A stretch of DNA of 64,000 nt from a virus: the IMG/VR virus record IMGVR_UViG_3300013132_002633, positions 12,497-76,496 of that record. One strand, given 5' to 3'. The notes under the pieces were generated by a model. The model had not been told where the DNA came from. It worked only from the letters and a program-made list of their open reading frames with translations, and searched no databases. The translations under genes and the position numbers were made by a program. Shown here in pieces: positions 26,715 to 36,525 of the stretch. The stretch's first letter is position 1. Each line of letters begins with the position of its first letter.

Positions 26715-26716
26715 TC

Positions 26717-26745
26717 TTGATTTATTGTAAAGTTTGTGTTATCAT
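26717..26745 (+). promoter_or_regulatory. sigma70-type promoter, probably leaderless
   Basis: TTGATT-17-TATCAT with TGTG extension; ATG 6 nt after the -10. Confidence 0.65.
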
Positions 26746-26751
26746 AGATTT

Positions 26752-27663
26752 ATGAAAAAATCACTTTGTTGTATTTCTCTAAAACTGCAAGAATCTGGTG
26801 TTAAGGCTAATACCATGACTAAAACTCGTTTTCTTCTGTTGGAAAGAAACGACGCGGTAAATATTGTTTCAAAACGAACACTTAATAATGTTACTGTAAC
26901 AAAAAAAATATTGTCGTATTGTGCTGGAAAAAACTGGAATTATCGTATTTCCAGCGATTTGTTTCCACTAGCAACGCTTCCTGAAGCAAAATTGTCATTT
27001 GACATTCTGCCAGATAAAAATTCTATATACAACGAATTTAAAACTGCATCGGATATTATCAAACAGAACAATATTCGGTGTAGTACACATCCAGATCAAT
27101 TTGTTGTGCCAGCTAGCGGAAATAGTTCGGTTGTAGAAAAATCTATAATTGAATTGAAGTCACATGCGACTGTAATGGATTTGTTTGGTTTGCCACAATC
27201 TTATGAGGCTCCTATCAACATTCATATGAACTGTTATAAAGGTAATCTAAAAGACATCGCATTGCGTTTTATTGATGTGTATAAAGCATTACCACATAAT
27301 GTGAGGTCTAGACTGGTACTTGAGAACGAAGATAAAGGTAATAGCTGGAATGTTGAACAGTTACATGAGTATATTTACATGAACACCGGAATTCCGATTA
27401 CACATGATAATTTACACTATCGTTGTAATCCGGGCAAATTATCTGCTAAAGAAGCAACTAAACTAGCATGTTCTACTTGGGGCAAGTATCGACCACTATT
27501 TCATTTTAGTGATAACGATGTTACAAACAGTAATCCACGTGCTCATGCGGATTATGTTTCTAGCATTCCAACTGAATATGCAAATTTAGATGTAGACTTT
27601 GAATTTGAGTTCAAGGCTAAAGATTATGCTTTAGAAAAAGCTGAAAAAGACTTTGGAATATAA
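26752..27663 (+). CDS. uvsE: UV-damage endonuclease
   Basis: YRISSDLFP, STHPDQF, INIH, LVLENEDK, DNLHY, FHFS, RAHAD, EFKAKD. Confidence 0.92.
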   Translation: MKKSLCCISLKLQESGVKANTMTKTRFLLLERNDAVNIVSKRTLNNVTVTKKILSYCAGKNWNYRISSDLFPLATLPEAKLSFDILPDKNSIYNEFKTASDIIKQNNIRCSTHPDQFVVPASGNSSVVEKSIIELKSHATVMDLFGLPQSYEAPINIHMNCYKGNLKDIALRFIDVYKALPHNVRSRLVLENEDKGNSWNVEQLHEYIYMNTGIPITHDNLHYRCNPGKLSAKEATKLACSTWGKYRPLFHFSDNDVTNSNPRAHADYVSSIPTEYANLDVDFEFEFKAKDYALEKAEKDFGI

Positions 27664-27676
27664 TTAATCAAACTTG

Positions 27677-27705
27677 TTGACTGACTCAAGTGTATGTGTT
27701 AATAT
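27677..27705 (+). promoter_or_regulatory. sigma70-type promoter
   Basis: TTGACT-17-TAATAT with TGTG extension. Confidence 0.65.
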
Positions 27706-27758
27706 TAATTTAAGTTAGCGAACAACTAACGAAACAAAAAAATAAAAGGAAAATAAAT

Positions 27759-27962
27759 ATGTATACTCGTACAAATACTCGTAACAAGACTAACTTCGTA
27801 GGCCATAATTCAACTGGCGTTGAGCTTTATCTCTCTACTCCTCTTGCTGGAGCTAAGAAGGCCGCACGTTTGACTCTACGAACTGGCGAAGCTCGTATTG
27901 ATTTGAATGGTCGTCAAATCAAAGCGCTTCGTGACGTGCTAGCCACTGGATACAAGGCTTAA
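27759..27962 (+). CDS. Small basic hypothetical protein
   Basis: 67 aa, own promoter, biased codons (CGT, ACT, AAG). Confidence 0.65.
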   Translation: MYTRTNTRNKTNFVGHNSTGVELYLSTPLAGAKKAARLTLRTGEARIDLNGRQIKALRDVLATGYKA

Positions 27963-27972
27963 TTGTTATCGA

Positions 27973-28230
27973 ATGAACGAAACTCATAATATGGGTTTGA
28001 TGTGGTTGATACTAATAATATCAACCACATTTTCTTTTGTATCAATATTTTTATTCATACGTTTATTAAAAAAGACGGATGATAATTTTATATCGATATC
28101 GGATAATATTGTTTTACTGAACGAAAAACTAACATCTGTTTTAAAAGAAGTTGAATTGTTAAAACGTAACTATAGAATCATTAATAATGAAGTCAAAGAA
28201 AAAAGACATTCCGATAAAAACAAAAATTAG
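27973..28230 (+). CDS. Single-TM coiled-coil protein
   Basis: Hydrophobic residues 7-31 followed by heptads. Confidence 0.55.
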   Translation: MNETHNMGLMWLILIISTTFSFVSIFLFIRLLKKTDDNFISISDNIVLLNEKLTSVLKEVELLKRNYRIINNEVKEKRHSDKNKN

Positions 28231-28663
28231 AGGACTTTTTGATCATATAAATCATATACGTGAAATTAAAGATCAAAATTATTATATAAGCTTGTCCGAT
28301 GAAGAACGTAAATCGTTTAACAAGTATATGATAATACGAATATTAAGTATGGATGTTAATTTGATTGAAGAAATGTCGATACTATCAAAATACTTTCAAG
28401 TTATTCCAGATGAACAGTTTTATAAAGTATTAATTGATATTGTACCGAAAGGTAGAAAATTCTGTAAATACATAAAAAAGAGTACTGAGAATGTAAATAA
28501 AACAATATTGGATTGTATATGTAATAAATTTAAAGTGGGTGAAAAAGATGGTATTGATTATTACAATATACTTATTACGACTGAATCTGGTATTAAAGAA
28601 TTAGTAACCTTGATTCAAGATTTTGGTTATAGCGAAAAAGAAGTGGAAAAATTATTCGAATAA
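28187..28663 (+). CDS. Clamp-loader small subunit (T4 gp62-like)
   Basis: LFDHINHI, FNKYMIIRILSM, QFYKVL..IVPKGRKFCKYIKK. Confidence 0.65.
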   Translation: MKSKKKDIPIKTKIRGLFDHINHIREIKDQNYYISLSDEERKSFNKYMIIRILSMDVNLIEEMSILSKYFQVIPDEQFYKVLIDIVPKGRKFCKYIKKSTENVNKTILDCICNKFKVGEKDGIDYYNILITTESGIKELVTLIQDFGYSEKEVEKLFE

Positions 28664-28665
28664 AT

Positions 28666-29313
28666 ATGAAACAACTTATAGGAATATCCGGATTAGCTAG
28701 AAGTGGAAAAGATTTGTTTACAAGTGTAGCTCAATCAATACTTAAAGAAAATAAAATAACAAGTGAAAAATATGCTTTGGCATATGAATTAAAGAGTGAT
28801 CTTAAAGATTTGATCAAATCTAAAACTGGAATAGACGTATTTACAGAAAATGCGGAAGAAAAAAACATCATACGTCCGATGTTAGTTGCATATGGAGACG
28901 TAATGAGAAAAATAAGTGGTGGAACATATTGGACAAATAAGATTGAACAACGAATTGGCAAAAGTGAATCGGATGTGATTTTTATCACAGATATACGTTA
29001 CGATGTATATCCAAATGACGAATGTACGTGGTTAAAGTATAAACAATGTGGTAAATTAATTCATATTACCAAATTTAAAATGTCACCTGCTCCGTCTAAA
29101 CGTAGAATTTCAACCTCAAAACCTGTTAAAATTTACAATGCTGCTCCAAATGAACATGAGTTGTTTAATAATCCAAAAGTAAAAAGTAAAGCGGATTACG
29201 CATTTGAATGGGAAGATTATTCCGATATGATTGGTGATCTAAAGTTAGAAGACCACCCATACATCAGAGATAAAGTTAAAATTGCATTAAAGAATATCAA
29301 TGTATTATCTTAA
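28666..29313 (+). CDS. Deoxynucleoside monophosphate kinase
   Basis: LIGISGLARSGKD, RPMLVAYG..MR, ITDIRY. Confidence 0.8.
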   Translation: MKQLIGISGLARSGKDLFTSVAQSILKENKITSEKYALAYELKSDLKDLIKSKTGIDVFTENAEEKNIIRPMLVAYGDVMRKISGGTYWTNKIEQRIGKSESDVIFITDIRYDVYPNDECTWLKYKQCGKLIHITKFKMSPAPSKRRISTSKPVKIYNAAPNEHELFNNPKVKSKADYAFEWEDYSDMIGDLKLEDHPYIRDKVKIALKNINVLS

Positions 29314-29586
29314 CTTTATACGTTTTATTTCGTGACTGCCGTTGTGTGAAAAAATGATTTCACTGTCGGTGGTTTTTGTTTTTAAATAATCTATTAAGTT
29401 ACCAACTGTAGAATTTACTAAATCTATGTAAATTTTATTACATTCTTCTGATTTTTGTGATTTTCTAGATCGTTGACAGTTACAAATGATGTTTAATTGT
29501 TTTACACAATTTTGTAATCTGTCAACCATAGGAACTGTATCTTTTCCTATAAACCCTAAAAATGCTTGATAACTTCCTATATTCAT
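29305..29586 (-). CDS. Hypothetical protein
   Basis: 93 aa, Cys-containing. Confidence 0.55.
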   Translation of the reverse strand: MNIGSYQAFLGFIGKDTVPMVDRLQNCVKQLNIICNCQRSRKSQKSEECNKIYIDLVNSTVGNLIDYLKTKTTDSEIIFSHNGSHEIKRIKLR

Positions 29587-29960
29587 AGTAGCTTTTTAAT
29601 AGATAAATATATTAAAAGACTTGATATGTAATTAACCGGTATTAATAATAAAGATAAAATGATCGGATTATTTAATGAAATAGTTAATATAACCAATCCT
29701 GTTAAAGTTGTCCAAAAACACAAACATATTGGACAACTTAATAATTTAGTTAAATATCCAGGATATTGTTCATATAAAAAATTGGGATAGTTTGACATAA
29801 CATCAACTTCCAGTTTGTATTTATGATACTCGTTTATTTTCAACAAACTTCTGGTTTTGGTTAGGTTTGCTATGGTTTGTATTATATCACTTTCAAACCA
29901 AACTACTAGTATGAATGATACAAAACATATCAAGGGAATATTAAAATCAGTTAAGTTCAT
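29583..29960 (-). CDS. Membrane protein, DUF1360-like
   Basis: LLSCPICLCFW flanked by TM helices. Confidence 0.55.
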   Translation of the reverse strand: MNLTDFNIPLICFVSFILVVWFESDIIQTIANLTKTRSLLKINEYHKYKLEVDVMSNYPNFLYEQYPGYLTKLLSCPICLCFWTTLTGLVILTISLNNPIILSLLLIPVNYISSLLIYLSIKKLL

Positions 29961-29963
29961 AGT

Positions 29964-31172
29964 TTAAATTAGTTTTTGTATATACCACTCATTTTTAATA
30001 TCAATCAAAGATTTACTATAATCTGTTAAGTCTCTTATTTTAAATTTGAACATATCAAATTCAGATTGACCAACTTGACCACTATCTTCTAAAATTAATT
30101 GTAGATTGTTGAAAAATTCAAATGCTTGATTAGTCAAACGAGTTCCATCAAATTCAATTATAATGTCATTCGATTTAATATCGTCATATCGTTTCAATTT
30201 TCTTTTTAAATCGAATTTTGTATTTTTCTGTTCCACATTTATATATTGGTCATATGGAACATCTGTATATATGGTATCACACCATGGCTCCAACAAAGCT
30301 AGTTTATAAGAATCACAATTTTTAACTACAAATCCCACATCATATCGTTTAGGAACAATCGGTTTCATTGTATCGTTATGTTTAACAAAATGACCCCACT
30401 TACGAATGAAGTTTCTGGCACTCTTGACATTTTGATTTTGCCACTCTTCACTATCTTTTCCGATACTGGTAATGGTTGGATTAAATCTACTACCTCTACA
30501 GGTCAAATGATATACACAAGCTTCCCATAACTGAATAAACTTGTATCCTTTCAACAAAAATCTATTGAATATGTCACTATCTTCCTTGGACGTTGGAGCA
30601 AACAAAAGATCATGACCACCAATACTCAAGAAGTCTTCTTTATAAATTGCCCATGGTGCAAACACCCCTTCTGTAGTTTTATCTCTACGTGACATTTTTG
30701 AATCAATGAACCATTTATCAAATGCTTCCTTTTTGAAAGTTTCTGGTTCTAATCCAAAGTCTTGTACTATTTTCTCTGGTCCGCCTGGGTGCAAGGGTGG
30801 TTCTATTCTGGTTAAACAAACAACCGATTGTGGTTTTAAATGTTTTTCAATTAGAAGATCTGCATTTTTTGAAATATACATGTCTGCGTGGTAAATCATC
30901 ACAACGTCATATGTAGCTACATCTTGTACCAGAGTATTATACAACTCTGTCATACCTTTTCTAGCTGGTCCTTCGTTTCTGATTGCTTTAAAGTGTGGAT
31001 CAACTTTAATCATTTCTTGACACCAACTCCACGTACCATCGTCGCTTGCATCATCTGCAACGCATATTTCATGTTCTTTATGGCTTAGATTATTTCTAAG
31101 TGCGTCATAACACCACTTTAAATATTTTAGATTGTTTCGACTCGGTAAAATAAAACTTATATTAAGACTCAT
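29964..31172 (-). CDS. Glycosyltransferase family 2
   Basis: ISFILPSRN, DDASDDGT, HADM, GGHD..F..EDSD, YHLT. Confidence 0.85.
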   Translation of the reverse strand: MSLNISFILPSRNNLKYLKWCYDALRNNLSHKEHEICVADDASDDGTWSWCQEMIKVDPHFKAIRNEGPARKGMTELYNTLVQDVATYDVVMIYHADMYISKNADLLIEKHLKPQSVVCLTRIEPPLHPGGPEKIVQDFGLEPETFKKEAFDKWFIDSKMSRRDKTTEGVFAPWAIYKEDFLSIGGHDLLFAPTSKEDSDIFNRFLLKGYKFIQLWEACVYHLTCRGSRFNPTITSIGKDSEEWQNQNVKSARNFIRKWGHFVKHNDTMKPIVPKRYDVGFVVKNCDSYKLALLEPWCDTIYTDVPYDQYINVEQKNTKFDLKRKLKRYDDIKSNDIIIEFDGTRLTNQAFEFFNNLQLILEDSGQVGQSEFDMFKFKIRDLTDYSKSLIDIKNEWYIQKLI

Positions 31173-31206
31173 ACTTTATATGTATTTTTTTTAATTGTAA
31201 AACGTA

Positions 31207-31944
31207 TTATTTTCTGTATCTTACGAGTGTACAATGGGAATCTTCATACTTTTGATCATAACTTGGTGTATAATACATAAATGGAAATGAAACTTTGTCA
31301 CGAAGATTAATTTGTTTTAAATGGTGTGGTATTATAAAGTGACTGGAGATATCTCTATACATTTGTACATTTTTTACGTATTCATCCAAACGATCATATA
31401 TTGTAGCTATTTTATTAATGTTCTCCGAATTGCTAGCTATAAATCTGTCACCTAGTTCTTGTGAGTTAATCGATCCATATAATGATCCACGAAATATACA
31501 TTGGTCTAAATTAACAACGTTGGGATTTAATTGACTTAAATTTAATGATTTAAGCCAATACATGTCGAGTCTGGTTAATATAGTTAAATCGTAAGGACCG
31601 TTTTCAGATTCATATTGATTTTTAAGTTCTACAACTTTTTTAACGGCGTACCATCTACTATAATGTGATTGAAATCTTCCATTCTCACTCTTAGATGAAA
31701 TGTTAAATTTAATCTGTTCTTGTGTTAATATTTTTTTGGGATTGTATTGATGCTTATATTCGATGTCTAAATGCGTATCCCATGAAAATATAAACGTATC
31801 AATGGTATCATTTTCGTTATATTTAATATTTTTATTAAATTGCGTAGACGCTAGTTTTAATACTTGATCGCTACCATCTGTTTTATCTCCAGCTTTTCCA
31901 GTTAAACCACCAATACATCCCGACATGCAGTATGCAATTTTCAT
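31207..31944 (-). CDS. Putative GT-A-fold sugar transferase, paralog of 35723-36469
   Basis: MKIAYC.G, FIFSW, QSHYSRWY, YDL.IL.RLD, GDRF. Confidence 0.55.
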   Translation of the reverse strand: MKIAYCMSGCIGGLTGKAGDKTDGSDQVLKLASTQFNKNIKYNENDTIDTFIFSWDTHLDIEYKHQYNPKKILTQEQIKFNISSKSENGRFQSHYSRWYAVKKVVELKNQYESENGPYDLTILTRLDMYWLKSLNLSQLNPNVVNLDQCIFRGSLYGSINSQELGDRFIASNSENINKIATIYDRLDEYVKNVQMYRDISSHFIIPHHLKQINLRDKVSFPFMYYTPSYDQKYEDSHCTLVRYRK

Positions 31945-31946
31945 AA

Positions 31947-32309
31947 TTAAATATTTGTTTTACCCACACCTTCATTTCTAATTAAATTTACAGAAAAGGC
32001 AGTCAATGTTCCTTCTGGTTTAATATCGTTTATTACTACTCTTGGCCCTCTGCCAACTCCCATAATTAACTGATCGTAAAAAATACCAGCTTCACGTAAT
32101 TGATTTTCGGTTACTTTTCTATTACTCTCTCTTCTTCCCGTGGTTAATATAATTGTATATCCTTTTTTATTCCATTCTAATAGTTTATCTATTGTACCAT
32201 CCAAAACATTCATTTTATGTGATGGTAATGATGTTAAATGAGGATTTTTATGTTCTACAAGTGTTCCGTCAATGTCTAAAAATAATGTTTTTGGTAAATC
32301 TTCGTTCAT
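31947..32309 (-). CDS. HAD-family phosphatase
   Basis: FLDIDGTL, LTTGR, YDQLIMG, INDIKP. Confidence 0.8.
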   Translation of the reverse strand: MNEDLPKTLFLDIDGTLVEHKNPHLTSLPSHKMNVLDGTIDKLLEWNKKGYTIILTTGRRESNRKVTENQLREAGIFYDQLIMGVGRGPRVVINDIKPEGTLTAFSVNLIRNEGVGKTNI

Positions 32310-33265
32310 TTTAATACTCCTTTAATTTTGGATTTCATTATAGATTTAATTTCAACTGACAAATCTGGTAATTTGTTTTTAATTTCTGATATAAAAATTG
32401 GGTTTTCTAATACATAATGACCACAGATGAGAATTAATTTCTCTTTATCAGTTATATCAAAATTATTATTTATCCATTTTTTCCATTGATTACTATCATA
32501 ACATAAATCGTAGAATCTAGTCAATAAACTTTTATCATACTTTTTGATAGATTCGATATAATGATTGGATTCATAGTACCCAAATTCCGGTGCTATATTT
32601 ATTGCATCTAATCCGTTTTCAAACTTACTTCGTATTAGATCGTTATCCATATAATCGCCATTATGTTCTTTGGATAGGCATTTATATTTTGACACTATTC
32701 CACAAAAATGTTTTAATTTTGTTTTGTCATATATTCCTGTATTCTTATTCTCTTTTAGAGAAGTACCACTTTGTATTACAATATATTTAATTGGATAATG
32801 TTTAAGTTTTTGTATAAGATATTCGACCTCCTTCACATCAAACTCTCTGATACTTTGTTCTGTGGCAATTTCAAATTGTCCTTTGTAATTATTTGCAATG
32901 CATAGTTCAATCAAATCTTTAGTTTTTTGTAAACCCGCTTCCAGATCAGAGTATTGTTTCCACGGATCTATATGTAACAGATCGTAATATTTACAATCGT
33001 CAATAAAAGATATAATTCCATCATCTATTTTCTTTCCCTGTGATGGACCTCCATGATCTCTTTGTAAGATTACATTATTTGTTTTTGAGTGTACATATTG
33101 ATTCAATTGTTGGGATGTAAATTCAACATAGCCACCATCATAATCAATTTGTCTACGACTAGGTATTAATCCGAGCGGTACATTATATTCATTCGTATAC
33201 TCAATTGTTGCGTCGATTGTATTACGACTGACACATCCTATATAAAGTTTACATTGATTAATCAT
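32306..33265 (-). CDS. GatZ/KbaZ-like TIM-barrel (tagatose-phosphate epimerase/aldolase-related)
   Basis: IPSRRQID..GGY, LQRDHGGP, LHIDPW, KEHNGDY, INIAPEFG. Confidence 0.65.
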   Translation of the reverse strand: MINQCKLYIGCVSRNTIDATIEYTNEYNVPLGLIPSRRQIDYDGGYVEFTSQQLNQYVHSKTNNVILQRDHGGPSQGKKIDDGIISFIDDCKYYDLLHIDPWKQYSDLEAGLQKTKDLIELCIANNYKGQFEIATEQSIREFDVKEVEYLIQKLKHYPIKYIVIQSGTSLKENKNTGIYDKTKLKHFCGIVSKYKCLSKEHNGDYMDNDLIRSKFENGLDAINIAPEFGYYESNHYIESIKKYDKSLLTRFYDLCYDSNQWKKWINNNFDITDKEKLILICGHYVLENPIFISEIKNKLPDLSVEIKSIMKSKIKGVLK

Positions 33266-34859
33266 TCAGTATTTTGTTTAGGTTTAAAAGACCGAAGTAA
33301 TACAAGAAATAATTAAACGGATTGTGATGTAATGGAGACATATTAATCCATATTAATGATTTAATTATATTAATTTTTTTTATGTCATATTCATTATCGA
33401 CCACAAATTGTGTAAACATTTTTTCAAATTCAACATGTGTAGATTTTCTTAAAATGTCCAGTTCGATATGTTTGACACCATTTAATTCAAATTCTTTATA
33501 ACTATATAGATTTTTTGATATTAAATTGTGGTTCAATGTTAATGAATGTGAAAGTTTACCTAAATCATAGTAAACGTCCCCACCATCAATATCTCCACAA
33601 AAATCTTGCCTCCAATCTATAAATTTAATATCTTTTTCCGGTGTGATAATTAAATTATCTAATACACAATCTCCATGAAAGTAGTATTTTTTATTTGTTG
33701 TAATTAAATCAACAGGAATTTTATTTAGGAGATCAGAAAGTTTTGGTATATGTAAACCATTTATTATTACTTCCTGATCTTTAATTTTGTTTGTTGTTAA
33801 AAACTGATTAGCACGTTCTTTTGTTTTATCAAAGTAAAATTTTCTGGTTTTTTCAACAAATGATGTATCGTTATCAATAACAGTCCAATAATTATGTAAA
33901 TTGTTTAATAAAGTTTTGAATTCGTTTGTGTCAATAATATAAGAAGTTTCCTTACCTTCAATATATTTATACTTATAAAAATTTTCACTATAATCTAATA
34001 ATTTTGGACCGAATGATTTTAGGTGTTTCAATCTATTCACTCTATTGGTTACCATTTTTTTATTATGAAAAAACTTCACAACGGATCCGTTTAGTATAAA
34101 AATTGATTCATCGTCTTTATCAAGTATATGAAATTTATCAAAAATATGTTCTCTTGCATGGTTTAATGAAGAAATATTGCCAATATCTAACCAAGACTTA
34201 TCTGTAATAAATAATGGTTCAAATCTATGACCGAGTTCTATCATTTTATTTATCACATGACAATCCGACAACGATTGGTCTTCTACAAAATTATTCAATA
34301 AATCTTCTGTAATACTCCAGAATAAATCATAATCTTTTATTTTTGATATACCAACGTGTGCGTGTGTATTTTCATTACTTCCTTTTTCATCAATACACAT
34401 GATACGAGGTAATCCATTTACTATTTTATGCGTTCTATAGTGTTCACTATGAGTAGTGTGTGAAGATATACACCAATTTACATCTTCATTTGGGACAAAT
34501 ATAGGTGGACTAGATAAAATAGTATCACACGCATGAAATATGAATGGTTTTTGTAAATTATTTTTCGCACAATACATTGAATAAAGAAGACTAGAACCTT
34601 TACCTTCAAATTTATCTACGTCGCAAAATGTAAAAGATTTTTCTGGATATGTTAATTTAAGATATTGTTTAACATGATCTCCATAATATCCAGTTGTGAT
34701 CACAAACTCGGTATCGTCTGGATATGATTCTATTATATATGAAATAGCTGGTTTTCTACCAACACGCACCAAGCTTTTATTTGTATACTTGGTTAAATTT
34801 CCGAGCCTATTTCCTGTACCACTAGTTGTTATTAATACGGTCTTTTTATTTACGTCCAT
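33258..34859 (-). CDS. Nucleotidyltransferase fused to a choline/aminoglycoside-kinase-like domain
   Basis: TTSGTGNRLG.LT...NKSL; C-terminal FHGDCVLDN, FIDWR, YYDLGKL. Confidence 0.8.
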   Translation of the reverse strand: MDVNKKTVLITTSGTGNRLGNLTKYTNKSLVRVGRKPAISYIIESYPDDTEFVITTGYYGDHVKQYLKLTYPEKSFTFCDVDKFEGKGSSLLYSMYCAKNNLQKPFIFHACDTILSSPPIFVPNEDVNWCISSHTTHSEHYRTHKIVNGLPRIMCIDEKGSNENTHAHVGISKIKDYDLFWSITEDLLNNFVEDQSLSDCHVINKMIELGHRFEPLFITDKSWLDIGNISSLNHAREHIFDKFHILDKDDESIFILNGSVVKFFHNKKMVTNRVNRLKHLKSFGPKLLDYSENFYKYKYIEGKETSYIIDTNEFKTLLNNLHNYWTVIDNDTSFVEKTRKFYFDKTKERANQFLTTNKIKDQEVIINGLHIPKLSDLLNKIPVDLITTNKKYYFHGDCVLDNLIITPEKDIKFIDWRQDFCGDIDGGDVYYDLGKLSHSLTLNHNLISKNLYSYKEFELNGVKHIELDILRKSTHVEFEKMFTQFVVDNEYDIKKINIIKSLIWINMSPLHHNPFNYFLYYFGLLNLNKILND

Positions 34860-35190
34860 ATTTATCCTCCAATCTTACAATATCATCTTCTCCAAAATAT
34901 TCTCCGGTTTGAACTTCAATAAATTCTAAGTCTGTATCTCCTGTATTTTTAAATTGGTGTTTACTTAACTTTGGTATAAAGATTACATCACCTTCTTTTA
35001 GTACACGATCTACATCATCTAACTTAAGTGTGCCTGTACCTTTTGTGACAATCCAATATTCATTTCTTTTAAAATGATATTGATAACTCGGCGCTTGTCC
35101 AACGTTTATGGTTATTTTCTTGACCTTACATTTTTCATCGTCAAGTAAAACTATATAATTTCCCCAAGGTCTATTTTCTTTTATATTCAT
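34846..35190 (-). CDS. Mannose-6-phosphate isomerase type II cupin domain
   Basis: RPWGNY, SYQYH..RNEYW, IEVQTGEYFGEDDIVRLEDKYGR. Confidence 0.88.
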   Translation of the reverse strand: MNIKENRPWGNYIVLLDDEKCKVKKITINVGQAPSYQYHFKRNEYWIVTKGTGTLKLDDVDRVLKEGDVIFIPKLSKHQFKNTGDTDLEFIEVQTGEYFGEDDIVRLEDKYGRK

Positions 35191-35726
35191 ACAATTTTAA
35201 TAATTCTTCGTTCATCTTCAATTTGTACCAAGATTTCATATTTAATATTTAAATCTTTAGACCATTCAAAGAATGCTTTTTGTTCGTGTTGTCTGTTTTC
35301 TATAATATCGTGGTGATTATAATACCATTCATCAAATACTAATATTGTAGATGGTAAGATAAAGTCTTTTAGTCCATACAATACATCTATTGTTGAACTA
35401 TATAAATCGCAATCGATATGTAATAATGATATTGGTTTAGCTATCTTTAGATATTCCGGTATTGTATCTTTAAACCACCCTTTGTAAAATGTAACGTTTT
35501 CTACCTTTGGTATTGAACCATTTGTAGTCATTGCTCCAACTTTATGATGTGTTCCTGTCCAATCTTCCGGTAAACCAATAAAAGAATCGAATCCAAAAAC
35601 TTGATAATCAACAGGTACAGATCTTCTAATTTGAGCGATAGTTCCGCCGAAATGGACGCCAAATTCTAAGATGTGTTTGTGATCTTTATTAATTAAATTT
35701 ATTGCTGTGTTTAATGTTTTATTCAT
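35187..35726 (-). CDS. TylF/MycF-like SAM methyltransferase
   Basis: LEFGV..G, GFDSF.GLPEDW, GWFKDT, LHIDCDLYSST, FDE. Confidence 0.85.
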   Translation of the reverse strand: MNKTLNTAINLINKDHKHILEFGVHFGGTIAQIRRSVPVDYQVFGFDSFIGLPEDWTGTHHKVGAMTTNGSIPKVENVTFYKGWFKDTIPEYLKIAKPISLLHIDCDLYSSTIDVLYGLKDFILPSTILVFDEWYYNHHDIIENRQHEQKAFFEWSKDLNIKYEILVQIEDERRIIKIV

Positions 35727-36469
35727 TTTAATAATCTATAATAATCTCTTACAAGAGTAAATGATGCTTTTTCTTTTTCTGAAAATCCATCGCCCCACCA
35801 AGTATATGGAAATTTAATCAAACTGGTTAAATCTTTCTTTTTTAAATGCCATGGTATACAAAAATGACTGGAAATTTCACGATATTGTGGACATTGACCC
35901 GGACGAGTATATTCTTCTAATTTATCATACAACTCGGATATATAATTAATATTATCATCGTTTGAACATATGAGTCTATCTCCTACGTGAATATTAGTAG
36001 AAAACTTTCCACCATTAGCATAACATTGATCAAAATTAATATAATTATTATCAATCAAACTCATATCAATATTTTTTAACCAATATAAATCATGTCTTGC
36101 TAATACTACCAAGTCATATTTGACATTGTTTTCTTTACAATAATTGTTCTTTACATCTATAACTCTTTTAGTGCTATACCATCTACTATAATGAGATTGA
36201 GATCTAAGATTATTTGTTAAATGTTTTGGTATATTAAAAATCATCTGGGAATCCGAGACTAATACTTTTGGCGAGTAATATTTTTCAAAACTATCGGTTA
36301 ATTCTGGATTCCAACTATGAATAAAAAAATCAAATTTATCATTATTCAATACGTGTTTACGAAATGAATTGTTGGAGTATTCTAATACTACATCAGATCC
36401 GTTTGTTTTTTCACCGGCTTTTTTAGTTAATCCCGCAACATTTCCATAAAAACAATAAGCAATTTTCAT
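35723..36469 (-). CDS. Putative GT-A-fold sugar transferase, paralog of 31207-31944
   Basis: MKIAYC.G, FIHSW, QSHYSRWY, YDLVVLARHD, GDRL. Confidence 0.55.
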   Translation of the reverse strand: MKIAYCFYGNVAGLTKKAGEKTNGSDVVLEYSNNSFRKHVLNNDKFDFFIHSWNPELTDSFEKYYSPKVLVSDSQMIFNIPKHLTNNLRSQSHYSRWYSTKRVIDVKNNYCKENNVKYDLVVLARHDLYWLKNIDMSLIDNNYINFDQCYANGGKFSTNIHVGDRLICSNDDNINYISELYDKLEEYTRPGQCPQYREISSHFCIPWHLKKKDLTSLIKFPYTWWGDGFSEKEKASFTLVRDYYRLLK

Positions 36470-36525
36470 AAATTAACGAACTTAGTATCAGTATTTTATA
36501 ACTATCTTTAACTAAAAAGTTAAGT

